Positions 30,159 to 40,168 of a stretch of DNA of 64,000 bases are shown one piece after another. How positions within the stretch are numbered: position 1 is the first letter of the stretch; each line of letters starts with the position of its first letter. The position numbers were made by a program, and so were the translations under genes. The stretch comes from an uncultured Solirubrobacterales bacterium (GTDB lineage Bacteria; Actinomycetota; Thermoleophilia; Solirubrobacterales; Solirubrobacteraceae), in the NCBI GenBank assembly GCA_963834675.1, contig CAWICS010000009.1, positions 224,102-288,101 on the forward strand, in the 5' to 3' direction. Under the pieces are notes generated by a model that saw only the letters and a program-made list of their open reading frames with translations, was not told the origin of the DNA and searched no databases.

Positions 30159-30368
30159 TTGGCACTGACCGACGAGCAAGCCCGCGTGAAGGCCGCCTAC
30201 GAGGCGGTGCAGGATGTCTTTCCAACCGCCGGCTACGCGTACGTGCTGGCCCTTCGGCGACAGCTCCCCGTAATCGACACTCCCGAGGCGCTGGCCGAGT
30301 ACCGCGCGCTGGCCGACGAGGCCGAGGCGCTGGCCGCGATGGTCGCGGCCAGCCGCCGGGGCTCGTGA
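30159..30368 (+). CDS. Small hypothetical protein
   Basis: AAGGAG RBS before the TTG; 69 aa, helical. Confidence 0.6.
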   Translation: MALTDEQARVKAAYEAVQDVFPTAGYAYVLALRRQLPVIDTPEALAEYRALADEAEALAAMVAASRRGS

Positions 30369-30383
30369 GGAGCTATCGCTGCA

Positions 30384-30746
30384 TCATCGCTTCGGCTGCC
30401 ACAGGGCGATCTCGCCGGCGGCTGGAGTCGTGACGACGCTACGCCACCCGACGGGGCCTTCACGGGGCGTCAGAGCCACGGTGGCGCCGAGCACCTGAGC
30501 GCGGTGGGTCATCTCCCGGATGTCGGCCACCTCGACGTAGGGGAGCCACAGCGGGTGGGCGATCGGACAGTCCACCATCCCGCCCCCGATCGTGCCTCCC
30601 AGGCCGACCGCGAGGTAGGAGCCGGCGGGCGTCCGGACCTCCTCCTCACGCCAGCCGCATAGCTGCCCGTAGAACCGCCGCGCTTCCGCCAGGTTCCCGG
30701 TGTGAAGCTCCAGATGGACCACCCGTCCTGAGTCGGCAGCCTTCAT
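30384..30746 (-). CDS. VOC/glyoxalase family protein
   Basis: VVHLELHT..ARRFYGQLCGW, WLPYVEV and GEIALWQ. Confidence 0.88.
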   Translation of the reverse strand: MKAADSGRVVHLELHTGNLAEARRFYGQLCGWREEEVRTPAGSYLAVGLGGTIGGGMVDCPIAHPLWLPYVEVADIREMTHRAQVLGATVALTPREGPVGWRSVVTTPAAGEIALWQPKR

Positions 30747-30827
30747 CCTGGTACGTGTGACCCGGGGACTCGCCGAAACTAATCGGCCGGCGATGAATCC
30801 GCGAGGCCCGGCGGGTCTAAGCTCCTG

Positions 30828-31946
30828 ATGTCGATGTCGAACCCTCGCACAGGCCCGGGACCGGAGCCTGCCGCGATCGCGGCCGCCGCGGCCGGCGACG
30901 AGTCCGCGTTTGCCGCTCTCGTCGAGCCGTACCGGCGTGAGTTGCACGCCCACTGCTACCGGATGCTCGGTTCGGCCTACGATGCCGACGACGCCGTGCA
31001 GGAGACGCTGCTGAGGGCCTGGCGTGGGCTATCGGGCTTCCAGGCACGCGCGTCGCTGAGATCGTGGCTCTACACGATCGCCACGAATGCCTGCCTGACC
31101 CAGATCGCGCGCCGGCCCAAGCGGGTGTTGCCGATCGACTACGCGCCCGCCAGCGATCCCCATGTGACGCCGGGCCAGCCGGTCGTCGAGTCGATCTGGA
31201 TCGAGCCCTATCCCGACGAGATGCTCGGCCTGGAGGATGGGTACGCCGCGCCCGAGGCTCGCTACGAGCAACGCGAGGCCGTCGAGCTCGCCTTCGTCGC
31301 CGCGCTCCAGCATCTTGCTCCCAACCAGCGCGCGGTCCTGATCCTGCGCGAGGTGATGGGGTTCTCGGCCAAGGAGACGGCGGACATGCTCGAGACGAGC
31401 GTGGCGTCGGTCAACAGTGCCTTGCAGCGCGCCCGGGCCGCCGTCGAGGAGCGGGTCCCCGAGCAGACGCAGCAGGCCACGCTGCGCTCCCTGGGGGATG
31501 ACTCGCTCCGCGAGCTGGTCGAGCGTTACGTCGATGCGTGGGAGCGCTGCGACGTGGAGGCGTTCACGGCGATGCTGGCCCAGGAAGCCACGTTCGCGAT
31601 GCCGCCGCTGGCCACCTGGTATCGGACGCGCGAGGGAATCGCCATCTGGGCTTCCGAATCTCCTATGTCCGGAGCGTGGCGCTGGCGAGGCGTCCGCACT
31701 CGTGCCAACGGCCAGCCCGCGCTGGCCTTCTACGCTTGGGACGAGCATGCCCACGCGCACCTGCCGTTCGCGTTGTGCGTGCTCAGCTTCCAGGGGGCGG
31801 AGGTGAGCGACGTGACCGCGTTCATCGTGCGCTCGACCGAGGAGACCGACCCCGAGGCGTACGAGCGCTACCCCGATCAGCCATTCGACACCCACCGTCT
31901 GGCCGCAGCGTTCGGGCGCTTCGATCTACCCGAACGGCTCACCTGA
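30828..31946 (+). CDS. ECF sigma factor with C-terminal SnoaL-like extension (SigG/ECF56-like)
   Basis: ELHAHCYRMLGSAYDADDAVQE, WLYTIATN, ALQHLAPNQRAVLILRE and a C-terminal ANGQPA SnoaL-like part. Confidence 0.9.
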   Translation: MSMSNPRTGPGPEPAAIAAAAAGDESAFAALVEPYRRELHAHCYRMLGSAYDADDAVQETLLRAWRGLSGFQARASLRSWLYTIATNACLTQIARRPKRVLPIDYAPASDPHVTPGQPVVESIWIEPYPDEMLGLEDGYAAPEARYEQREAVELAFVAALQHLAPNQRAVLILREVMGFSAKETADMLETSVASVNSALQRARAAVEERVPEQTQQATLRSLGDDSLRELVERYVDAWERCDVEAFTAMLAQEATFAMPPLATWYRTREGIAIWASESPMSGAWRWRGVRTRANGQPALAFYAWDEHAHAHLPFALCVLSFQGAEVSDVTAFIVRSTEETDPEAYERYPDQPFDTHRLAAAFGRFDLPERLT

Positions 31947-32079
31947 CTGCGCCAACAGCTGCCCGAGGTCCGTCCGGGCTATCACGGCGGCGTCATCGAG
32001 TGTCCCGAGCCGGAGTAGATGCATCGGCCTGGCCTTCCCGCAGACGCGTGGGGTTTCCACTAGCCTGCCGAGTCCGCCG

Positions 32080-32979
32080 ATGAGCTCCGCCACGCTGCCA
32101 ACCCCGCCGTTGTACCTGTTGCAGCGAACCGGGTTCCTGGGTGACGAGGCAACTGCCAGTTCCTACCACGACGTTGGCGCGGCCGGACGGACGCTAATCG
32201 AGACAATGCTTCCCGACGACTGGAGCTGGGACGGTAAGCGGGTGTTGGACTTCGGCTGTGGCGTCGGAAAGGTGATTCGACATTTCGCTTCCGAGACCGC
32301 GGTTGCCGAGTTCACTGGATGTGACATCCACGCCCCCAGTATCAATTGGTTGCAGCGGAACCTCTCTCCACCCTTCAACTTCTTTCGTTGCGGAGATGAA
32401 CCCCCGTTGCCGCAACCCGACGGCTACTTCAACCTGATCTATGCCATAAGTGTCTACACCCATCTGACCGATCACTGGGCTGAGTGGCTGCTCGAACACC
32501 ACCGCGTGTTAGCGCCGGACGGGTTACTGATCGCCAGCTTCCTTGGCGAGGGCATGATTGAGCCCCTCATCGGCGAGCGGTGGGACGAACGCAAGATCGG
32601 TATGAATACCCTGTGGGCGGGCAAGGCTTGGGATGCCGGCGGGCCTATCACTTTTCATTCCACGTGGTGGCTGCGAGCGCACTGGGGGCGTGCATTCGAC
32701 GTCGTCCGCATCGTTCCGCATACCGGTAACGAAAGCGCCGAGGGTCACGGCCTGATTCTCCTCCGACGTAAGCCAGTCCGACAATCCGTCGAGGATCTCC
32801 AGCGCCCCGAGCCCGGAGAGGAGCGTGAGCTCCAGGCGCTCGAGCATCAGGCCCAGCAACTGCGACGTGAGACGGCCCAGCTCCGCGCCGAGAACACGAA
32901 GCTGGCCGCGGCGGCGACATCGAGAACGACTAAGGCCGTGCGCGCGACGAAGGACATCATCCGGCGACGCGTGCGCTAG
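32080..32979 (+). CDS. Class I SAM-dependent methyltransferase with C-terminal coiled coil
   Basis: VLDFGCGVG, GCDIH, YAISVYTHL and a heptad tail LQALEHQAQQLRRETAQLRAEN. Confidence 0.85.
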   Translation: MSSATLPTPPLYLLQRTGFLGDEATASSYHDVGAAGRTLIETMLPDDWSWDGKRVLDFGCGVGKVIRHFASETAVAEFTGCDIHAPSINWLQRNLSPPFNFFRCGDEPPLPQPDGYFNLIYAISVYTHLTDHWAEWLLEHHRVLAPDGLLIASFLGEGMIEPLIGERWDERKIGMNTLWAGKAWDAGGPITFHSTWWLRAHWGRAFDVVRIVPHTGNESAEGHGLILLRRKPVRQSVEDLQRPEPGEERELQALEHQAQQLRRETAQLRAENTKLAAAATSRTTKAVRATKDIIRRRVR

Positions 32980-33028
32980 CCCGGTGACCAGAAGCCTTCA
33001 TTCGGGCAAGCGCCGCATACTGCGTGGG

Positions 33029-33532
33029 GTGAGCGCGACAGTGACCTTAGAGCCCTGGGGTAGCGGCGACCTGCCGCTGCTCGAGCGACTGATGGGCGAC
33101 CCGCGCATGACCGAGCACCTCGGCGGCCCCGAGAGCCCGGAGAAGCTGCGCGAGCGCCAGGGTCGCTACGAGCGCCTCGACGACGGCAATCGCATGTTCA
33201 AGATCGTCGACCCGGCCAGCGGCGCCGGGGTCGGCTCGGTCGGCTTCTGGGCGAAGCAATGGCGCGACGAGCAGGTCTATGAAGTCGGCTGGATGGTCGT
33301 GCCGGAGTTCCAGGGCCGCGGGATCGCGATGGCGGCGACCGTCCAGGCGATCGAGCGCGCCAAGCGGGAGGGCAGACACCGCTTCATGCATGCCTTCCCG
33401 AACGTCGAGAACGCTGCGTCGAACGCGATCTGCCGCAAGCTGGGTTTCGAGCTGCTCGATGCGTGCGAGTTCGAGTTCCCCAAGGGGCACTTCATGACCT
33501 GCAACGACTGGCGCCTCGACCTGCGCTCCTAA
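33029..33532 (+). CDS. GNAT N-acetyltransferase (RimJ/RimL type)
   Basis: EVGWMVVPEFQGRGIA and NAASNAICRKLGF. Confidence 0.9.
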   Translation: MSATVTLEPWGSGDLPLLERLMGDPRMTEHLGGPESPEKLRERQGRYERLDDGNRMFKIVDPASGAGVGSVGFWAKQWRDEQVYEVGWMVVPEFQGRGIAMAATVQAIERAKREGRHRFMHAFPNVENAASNAICRKLGFELLDACEFEFPKGHFMTCNDWRLDLRS

Positions 33533-33571
33533 CGCGCTGGCGACCGACTCGCGATCGCCAGCGCTAGTGAA

Positions 33572-34021
33572 TCAGTCCCAGCGACTGATCTCGCCGCCGG
33601 GGTAGGCGTTGAAGCCTCGCCCCTCCGCTCCGGACTTGAGGCTCATCAGGTAGGCGGCCCAATTGGTCGAGCAGCCATTCATGAACTCGCTCTCCTGCTG
33701 CCAGCCTTCGTGGCTGAACACCAGCGTGGTACCGCCGTCCTCGCGGGGTCTCAGGGCGTAGGTGATACGCGTGTCGATCCATTCGGCGGGACCCTGGACG
33801 CAGCGCCAGACGACTTTCTCCGGACCGCGTTCGACGACCTCGAAGGTCGCCGCCGGGTTGCCGGCGTCGCGGAAGTAGACGGACAGCCGCCCACCGAGTT
33901 CGTCGTCACCGGCGACCGAGTGGCCCGTCCACCAGCGCTGGATTCCCCCGCGGGTTGCAGCGAGCTGGTGCACGTGCTCCGGCGGCGCGTCGATCGACAG
34001 GCGGTGCAAGATGTTCGGCAT
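33572..34021 (-). CDS. SRPBCC/AHSA1 domain protein
   Basis: GIQRWWT, VVWRCVQGPAEWIDT and STNWAAYLMSLK. Confidence 0.85.
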   Translation of the reverse strand: MPNILHRLSIDAPPEHVHQLAATRGGIQRWWTGHSVAGDDELGGRLSVYFRDAGNPAATFEVVERGPEKVVWRCVQGPAEWIDTRITYALRPREDGGTTLVFSHEGWQQESEFMNGCSTNWAAYLMSLKSGAEGRGFNAYPGGEISRWD

Positions 34022-34053
34022 GGGATATCTCCTCTTCGTTCAGGGGATGAGAT

Positions 34054-35475
34054 TCAGGCGGCGATGGGCATACCAGCGGGTTCGGCCCCGGCCACTGGCT
34101 TCGGCCGTGCCGACATCGCAGTGGCGGCGAGAGCGCCCAGACCGGCAAATACCGCGCACGCCCAGAGAGCGGGCTTGAATCCCGCTGTCACCGCCGCCGG
34201 GCTTCCCAGTCCGCCGTAGCCGGCGAACACGCTGCTGCCGATCGCGACCGCGAACACCGCACCAAAGCGCTGCGCCATGTAGTTGATGCCGGACGCCTTG
34301 CCCATCTCGCCCGGGTCGACGGCGCTCAGGACTGCGGTCGGCACCGTCGGGAGAGCCATCGAGATTCCAACGCCGGCGACCAGCAGTGCGATCACGATCT
34401 CGATCCAGCTCGTGTGCATAGAGCCGCGCCAGGCGACCCACGCGAACCCGGCGGTCAGCATGCTCAGCCCGACGACGACGATCGATCGGCGGCCGATCCG
34501 ATCGGAGAGCGCGCCGGCCACCGGCGAGACGAGCATCGGGGTGGCGAAGAACGGCAGCAGGCGAACGCCGGCGCCGACCGGCGAGAAGTGGCGCGCGAGC
34601 TGGAACTCCTCGGTGACCAACAGACCGCCGGCGAAGATGGCGCCCGCCATGAGGAAGGTCGCCACGTTGCCGATCGTGAAGTCCCGGGCGGCGAACATTC
34701 GGAGCGGCACCATCGGCTCGGCGACGCGATGCTCCCACCAGATGAATGCAGCAAGCAGCAGAGTCCCGATGGCGAGGCTTACGACGGTCTCGGCGCTCGA
34801 CCAGCCGACCTCGTTGGCGCGGGTGAGCGCCCACACGAGCGCGACCACGCCGCCGGTGACAAGTCCGACCCCGACGAGGTCGAGCCGATCCGGTGCGCCA
34901 TGGCTCTCCGGCAGCAGCCGTAGGCCGAGGATTACGGCAACGACGCCGATCGGCACGTTGATCCAGAAGATCCAGTGCCAGTCGATGCTTTGTGTCACGG
35001 CGCCCCCGACGATTGGCCCCATCGCGACCGCGAGACCGGCGAGGCCACCGTAGATCCCGACGATCATCCCGCGACGCTCAAGCGGAAACGCCGCGGTCAG
35101 GATGGTCAGGCTCAGCGGCAAGACCACCGCGCCCCCCAGTCCCTGCACCGTCCGCGCGACGATCAGGTCGGATAGGTTCGGCGCCAGCGCGCAAGCGACC
35201 GAGGCGACGGTGAAGAGGGCCAGCCCGACGCTGAACACCTTTCGCCGTCCGAACCGGTCGCCGAGCGCGGCGGCGGTGATGATTCCCGCGGCGAACGCGA
35301 TGCCGTAGGCGTTCAGCGTCCACTGCAGCGAGGAGAGACTGACATGAAGGTCGCGTTGCATGCGCGGCAGTGCCGTGATCACGACGACCGAGTCCAGGAC
35401 CACCATGAAGTAGGCGGTCGAGGTCAGCGCCACCACCCAGCCGAGGCGGCGACTCGTTGCCGGTGTGTCCGTCAT
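34054..35475 (-). CDS. DHA2 family MFS efflux transporter
   Basis: FMVVLDSVVVITALP, ALGDRFGRRKVF, ARTVQGLGG and WHWIFWINVPIG; about 14 TMs. Confidence 0.92.
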   Translation of the reverse strand: MTDTPATSRRLGWVVALTSTAYFMVVLDSVVVITALPRMQRDLHVSLSSLQWTLNAYGIAFAAGIITAAALGDRFGRRKVFSVGLALFTVASVACALAPNLSDLIVARTVQGLGGAVVLPLSLTILTAAFPLERRGMIVGIYGGLAGLAVAMGPIVGGAVTQSIDWHWIFWINVPIGVVAVILGLRLLPESHGAPDRLDLVGVGLVTGGVVALVWALTRANEVGWSSAETVVSLAIGTLLLAAFIWWEHRVAEPMVPLRMFAARDFTIGNVATFLMAGAIFAGGLLVTEEFQLARHFSPVGAGVRLLPFFATPMLVSPVAGALSDRIGRRSIVVVGLSMLTAGFAWVAWRGSMHTSWIEIVIALLVAGVGISMALPTVPTAVLSAVDPGEMGKASGINYMAQRFGAVFAVAIGSSVFAGYGGLGSPAAVTAGFKPALWACAVFAGLGALAATAMSARPKPVAGAEPAGMPIAA

Positions 35476-35641
35476 CGGTACTCCTTTTGGTCGTGGCCGG
35501 CTCGTCGGCCGGTTCTGCCTGGATGACGAACGGACAGTCCTCGGACGGACACGCGGGCAAAAACTCGCAATGGTGTCCGTCTGCGGCCACGCTATTCGTC
35601 TATGAGGCGAACGAACTGGTCTACGCGGTAAGGAGACGTCC

Positions 35642-35995
35642 TTGAGATACGCGCTGCTGGCCTACAACAACGTCGAGGCTCGCGAACGGAGAACCGAAGC
35701 ACAGCAACGGCGGATCGACGCCGGCATCGCCGAGGTCCTGGCCCGACCGAACGTGTCCGGTTGGCTACGACTCCAGGACGCAGAGTCGGCGACGACGGTG
35801 CGCCATGAACATGGCAGGACGCTCCTGACCGACGGACCGTTCGTCGACAGCAAGGACTTCCTCGGCGGTTTCATCATCGTCGAGGCCGAGAATCTCGACG
35901 GTGCCCTGGCCGTCGCCGGCGAGCTGCAGGAGCTGCAGGCCACCGGCGCGATCGAGGTCAGACCGGTGCGCGAGGAGCCGCTCACCGTTGCTTGA
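35642..35995 (+). CDS. YCII/DGPF domain protein
   Basis: [19 protein letters not shown] and IEVRP; overlaps the downstream sigma factor. Confidence 0.9.
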   Translation: MRYALLAYNNVEARERRTEAQQRRIDAGIAEVLARPNVSGWLRLQDAESATTVRHEHGRTLLTDGPFVDSKDFLGGFIIVEAENLDGALAVAGELQELQATGAIEVRPVREEPLTVA

Positions 35996-37214
35996 CCGGG
36001 TCTTCCGCGACGAGTGGGGCCGTGTCCTGGCCTCGCTGGTCGGCTGGCTCGGGGATATCCAGCTGGCCGAAGACGCCGCGCAGGACGCGTTCGCGATCGC
36101 GGCCGAGCGCTGGTCACAAGACGGAGCCCCGACAAACCCGACCGGCTGGCTGATCACGACCGCTCGCCGCCGAGCGATCGATCACATCCGACGTGAGCGA
36201 ACCCTGGCCGCGAAGACCCAGCAGCTGGAGCGCGAGCTGCAACAGCGATCGGAGGAGACCATGACCGAGGCGGCGACCTTCCCGGACGAGCGGCTCGAGC
36301 TGATCTTCACCTGCTGCCATCCGGCGCTCGGGCTCGACGCGCAGGTCGGGCTCACCCTTCGGACGCTTGGCGGCCTCTCGACCGAGGAGATCGCCCGCGC
36401 CTTCCTTCTCCCGTTCGAGACGATGAGCAAGCGCCTGACCCGCGCCAAGCACAAGATCCGCGACGCCGGCATCCCGTTTGCCGTCCCGCCCGACCACCTG
36501 CTGCCCGAACGCCTCGACGCCGTCCTCGCGGTCGTATACCTGATCTTCAACGAAGGCTGGGGCGGTGGCCGAATCGACTTGTCGGCGGAGGCGCTCCGCC
36601 TCGGACGCTCTCTGGTCGAGCTCATGCCCGACGAGGCCGAGGCGCACGCTCTGCTCGCCCTCATGCTGATGGGGCACGCCCGGAGCGCCGCACGGTTCAG
36701 GGGCGGTGAACTCGTGCTCCTCGACGATCAGGACCGGTCCCTCTGGGACCAGGACCAGATCGAAGAAGGCCGGAAGCTGCTCGAACACGCGCTCGCCCTT
36801 CACGGCAGCGGGCCCTACCTCATCCAGGCCGCGATCGCCGATCTGCACCTCCGCCAGCCACGTGACTGGGAGGAGATCGAGCTCCTCTACCAGAGGCTCG
36901 AGCAGCTCACCGGCTCGCCCGTCGTGACGATGAACCGGGCGATCGCGCTCGCCGAGCTCGAGGGGCCCGAAGCCGGACTTGCCCTGCTCGACCGCCTGGC
37001 GCTCGAGGACTACCGCTACTACCACTCGACTCGTGCCGATCTCCTGCGACGGCTCGGCCGCGACGCCGAGGCGCACGCTGCCTACGCACGCGCCCTGGAG
37101 CTGACCCAGTCGGGCCCCGAGCAGCGATTCCTGGAGAGGCGCCTCGCCGGCCGCTCCGGAAGCAGCCAGTCGACCGAGCGGAATGTCCGTTCCGGCGACG
37201 CTCGTTCGTCATAG
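35988..37214 (+). CDS. ECF42-type sigma factor with long C-terminal TPR-like extension
   Basis: [50 protein letters not shown] and NRAIA; paired with a DGPF gene. Confidence 0.9.
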   Translation: MLDRVFRDEWGRVLASLVGWLGDIQLAEDAAQDAFAIAAERWSQDGAPTNPTGWLITTARRRAIDHIRRERTLAAKTQQLERELQQRSEETMTEAATFPDERLELIFTCCHPALGLDAQVGLTLRTLGGLSTEEIARAFLLPFETMSKRLTRAKHKIRDAGIPFAVPPDHLLPERLDAVLAVVYLIFNEGWGGGRIDLSAEALRLGRSLVELMPDEAEAHALLALMLMGHARSAARFRGGELVLLDDQDRSLWDQDQIEEGRKLLEHALALHGSGPYLIQAAIADLHLRQPRDWEEIELLYQRLEQLTGSPVVTMNRAIALAELEGPEAGLALLDRLALEDYRYYHSTRADLLRRLGRDAEAHAAYARALELTQSGPEQRFLERRLAGRSGSSQSTERNVRSGDARSS

Positions 37215-37256
37215 ACGCGAACAGCATCTACCAGCCGCCGCAAAGGAGAGAGTGTC

Positions 37257-37634
37257 ATGTCAGAACAGGATCCGACCGCCGTCGCCGTCGCCCGCGCGCA
37301 TGTGGAGGCTTGGGGCCGTCACGACTACGACGCCGCACGGTCGCGTCTCGCAGCGGACGTCCACGTCGTCCTGACGACGGTCGACCCGGACGCACCGAAC
37401 GTGGACAGGAAAGGGATCGAGGCCTACGTGGAGCTCGGCCAGGGCGTGGTGCCCGGGACCTGCTCCGTGAGCTCCGCGATCGGCGACGAAACCAAAGCGC
37501 TGCTGCAGGTGACCACCCGCGTGAAGTTCGGTCCAGACGCTCCGGAGATGACCGCCCACAGTGCGCGCCTCTACCTGCTCGACGACAGCCACAAGATCGC
37601 CGAGGAGCGGGTGATCTTCTTCGTCACGCAGTGA
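37257..37634 (+). CDS. SnoaL/NTF2-like protein
   Basis: AVARAHVEAWGRHDYDAARSRLAADV and KIAEERVIFF; AAGGAG RBS. Confidence 0.75.
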   Translation: MSEQDPTAVAVARAHVEAWGRHDYDAARSRLAADVHVVLTTVDPDAPNVDRKGIEAYVELGQGVVPGTCSVSSAIGDETKALLQVTTRVKFGPDAPEMTAHSARLYLLDDSHKIAEERVIFFVTQ

Positions 37635-37781
37635 CGCGGCAGCCAAAAACCCCGCGATAGCGCGACTCACTCGCAGGTCTCGACCCCACTCGAGTCCGAT
37701 TGCGCCTGACTCTCCCGTCCGATAAGCGTCCTCCCGGGTACCGGAGAAACAAAGGCGAAGTCGGAGGAGAGGGAGACCGCC

Positions 37782-37964
37782 ATGGACCGCGACGAGGAAA
37801 CCGCCCGATATCAACGGGCCGCGGAGCTGGCCCTCGATCAGCTCCAGTGGTGCATTGACTACCTTCGCAGCATCCACAAGTCCCGCCTGGCAAGGCAACT
37901 CGCGAAGAACCGCGCCGCGATCGACCGGAAACTTCACGAGACGGATGGCGCGGGTTCACGCTAG
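37782..37964 (+). CDS. Small hypothetical protein
   Basis: GGGAG RBS; 60 aa, helical. Confidence 0.6.
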   Translation: MDRDEETARYQRAAELALDQLQWCIDYLRSIHKSRLARQLAKNRAAIDRKLHETDGAGSR

Positions 37965-38003
37965 GCGCCCGACGAACCAGATAACTGTGCGTCGTCCGGA
38001 GCT

Positions 38004-38678
38004 CTAGCGCCCAAACGCCCACGCGACCATCAGCGGGAACTCTTCTTTCCAGAAGACGTCGCCGTGCGAGCCGACCCGCTCGGTCATGACAACGTCGGCA
38101 CCCGCGTCGCGCAGCGCGTCCGCCCACCGGGCGGCATTCTTGAGGAAGAACGGCTCCAGCGTGCCGGCGACCAGGTACGCGCGCGGAAGCGACGCCGGCA
38201 TCACGGCGGGCGGTCGATAACCGGCGCCCGGCGACGCGCAGAAGACAGCGCCGTAGATGTCGGGATGGCGGAGTCCGATCGCGAGCGCCAGCTCCGCGCT
38301 CGCCGAGACACCGAACACGCCAGTCCGGTCGGCAGGCAGCGCGACGTCAAAGCGCGACTGCGACCATCGGCGCACATCCTCAACGAAGAACCTCTCGTGC
38401 GCGGCAAACCGTTCTGGGTCAAAGGCGAACTCGGCAGTGCTCTCGCCTGGTGAGTACTCACGGATCCGCAGGATCTCATCGTCCAGGCGGTGTGCACCGA
38501 CGATCATCGTCGGCGGTAGCTCGGCCGCCTCGAGCACGCCTCCCCACGACGCGATCAACTGGCCATCACCAGCGAAGACGATGGCCTCCGGCGGAGCCGG
38601 CGGGACATACGCCGTGACCTGTCGGCCACCGTCGTATTCGAGCGTCTCGGTGACGAGCTGACCAGCTGTGGTCGACAT
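38004..38678 (-). CDS. Putative esterase (Fes/Esterase family alpha/beta hydrolase)
   Basis: RIREYSPG, nucleophile elbow FGVSASA, YLVAGTLE and GSHG. Confidence 0.78.
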   Translation of the reverse strand: MSTTAGQLVTETLEYDGGRQVTAYVPPAPPEAIVFAGDGQLIASWGGVLEAAELPPTMIVGAHRLDDEILRIREYSPGESTAEFAFDPERFAAHERFFVEDVRRWSQSRFDVALPADRTGVFGVSASAELALAIGLRHPDIYGAVFCASPGAGYRPPAVMPASLPRAYLVAGTLEPFFLKNAARWADALRDAGADVVMTERVGSHGDVFWKEEFPLMVAWAFGR

Positions 38679-38736
38679 CCGCGTGGGCTCCTTGGACTAT
38701 CAGTGGCGCCGACCGCGCCTTAGAGTTGGCGGGATC

Positions 38737-38973
38737 TTGCCTGACAACGTCAGACGACCGACCCGAGGGTCAAACGGGCGCTGGGCGCGTAAGCACTACA
38801 AACAGGCGATTGTCCTGCGCGCCCTCCTCGCGCCCTGGATCCTCTTCGTCACCGTGTTCCTGTGTGTCAAGGGCTATTGGTGGGGACTCGTCTTCCTTCC
38901 GTTCTTAGCCCTCGACCTTTGGCTTCTGCGCGATCTTGTGCGTTATGCACGATCGCAGCCTCCGTCGACGTAG
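38737..38973 (+). CDS. Possible small membrane protein
   Basis: Two hydrophobic segments; start codon uncertain; codon usage is less GC-biased. Confidence 0.3.
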   Translation: MPDNVRRPTRGSNGRWARKHYKQAIVLRALLAPWILFVTVFLCVKGYWWGLVFLPFLALDLWLLRDLVRYARSQPPST

Positions 38974-39150
38974 CTGCGCCACCGCGCCCCGCCGCCGAGA
39001 CGAATAAGCACGCTTGGGTTCTTCCGTGTTCCGGCGGACGCCATGGGCGCCGCGTGGGAGGCCGTCGAGCGCCACCTCGAGCCGATCACTCGGGCCGACG
39101 AGCAGATCGACGCGCCGCTCGCCTTTCACATCTTCACCGCTATCGCCTGA
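38974..39150 (+). pseudogene. 3' gene remnant, possibly the C-terminus of a methyltransferase
   Basis: Frame 38974-39150 reads ..ISTLGFFRVPADAMGAAWEAVERHLEPITRADEQIDAPLAFHIFTAIA* with GC-typical codons. It begins right after an in-frame stop. Confidence 0.4.
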
Positions 39151-39388
39151 GCCGCCGTGTGCGGCCGCGGCCACGGGTGCCGAGCCGCTCCAGCGAGTCG
39201 CCGATCAGCCAGAACGATGGCGGCCAGAGACCGACGAATAGTGCTCGTCTCTCGGCGTTTCCCCGCTCGTCTTGGTCAACCGTCTTGGCGCGGATCCACA
39301 GCGCGATGCACAGTCCGATCGAGCCGAAGGAGAGCGATTGCATGTGCCAGTCGCGGAGGCCGGCGTCATAAAGGCGCTTCGTCAGCAT
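39140..39388 (-). CDS. Small hypothetical membrane protein
   Basis: SFGSIGLCIALW..AERRALFVGLWPP; 82 aa. Confidence 0.7.
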   Translation of the reverse strand: MLTKRLYDAGLRDWHMQSLSFGSIGLCIALWIRAKTVDQDERGNAERRALFVGLWPPSFWLIGDSLERLGTRGRGRTRRLRR

Positions 39389-39460
39389 GAGAAGCGACTA
39401 CCCATCCAGATCCTGGCTGAACAGGTTGTTCAGCTTTATCTGTGGGTAGTTTCGAGATTC

Positions 39461-40168
39461 GTGCCGAAGCGTCCCGCCCGCAGCCGCCGCTGGCTCACCG
39501 CCGCCACCTGGCCGGTGGGGATCGCGCTGACCTCGTGGGACTACATGTGGCGCACGACGCCGATGCACCGCCAGGAGGTGTTTCCCACGAGCCCGCCGCC
39601 GTTCCCGGGGCTGCCCGCCGGCGTCAGCGCCGAAGAGGTGCAGGGCCCGGCAGACGGCACCGGCCCGCTCTTTCACCGCCGGTACCGCACCCGGATCCGG
39701 GACTGCCAGCTCGGCGCCGAGGAGCTGATGGACGCGATCCAGTGCGATCCGAACGCCACGGCGCCCACGACCTTCGCCCGCTTCCAGCGCGTCGACGGCG
39801 GACGCGGCAGGCTGTCGGTGGGCGACGAGTTCGTCGTCCGCATGCCGGGTCCGTGGGATGGCCCGGTGCGGGTCGTGCACGCTGGATCGCGGTCGTTCCG
39901 GCTGGCAACACTCGCCGGTCACCTCGAGGCCGGCCAGATCGAGTTCCGCGTAGCGCCGGACGGCGACAGCCGGCTGGTGTTCGAGATCGAGTCGTGGGCC
40001 CGGAGCGGCAGTCGGCTCGTCAACCTCCTCTACCACCGGCTGCGTATGGCCAAGGAGGTGCAGGCCCACATGTGGATCTCGTTCCTGGAACGCGTCGTGC
40101 GCCTGTCCGGGGGCCGTATGACGGGTGGCATCGAGCTCTACACGGAACGAATCTCGGACGGCTCGTGA
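39461..40168 (+). CDS. DUF1990-like protein
   Basis: VGDEFVVRMPGPWDGPVRV, LATLAGHLEAGQIEF and FEIESWAR. TAGTTT lies 8 nt before the GTG. Confidence 0.72.
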   Translation: MPKRPARSRRWLTAATWPVGIALTSWDYMWRTTPMHRQEVFPTSPPPFPGLPAGVSAEEVQGPADGTGPLFHRRYRTRIRDCQLGAEELMDAIQCDPNATAPTTFARFQRVDGGRGRLSVGDEFVVRMPGPWDGPVRVVHAGSRSFRLATLAGHLEAGQIEFRVAPDGDSRLVFEIESWARSGSRLVNLLYHRLRMAKEVQAHMWISFLERVVRLSGGRMTGGIELYTERISDGS

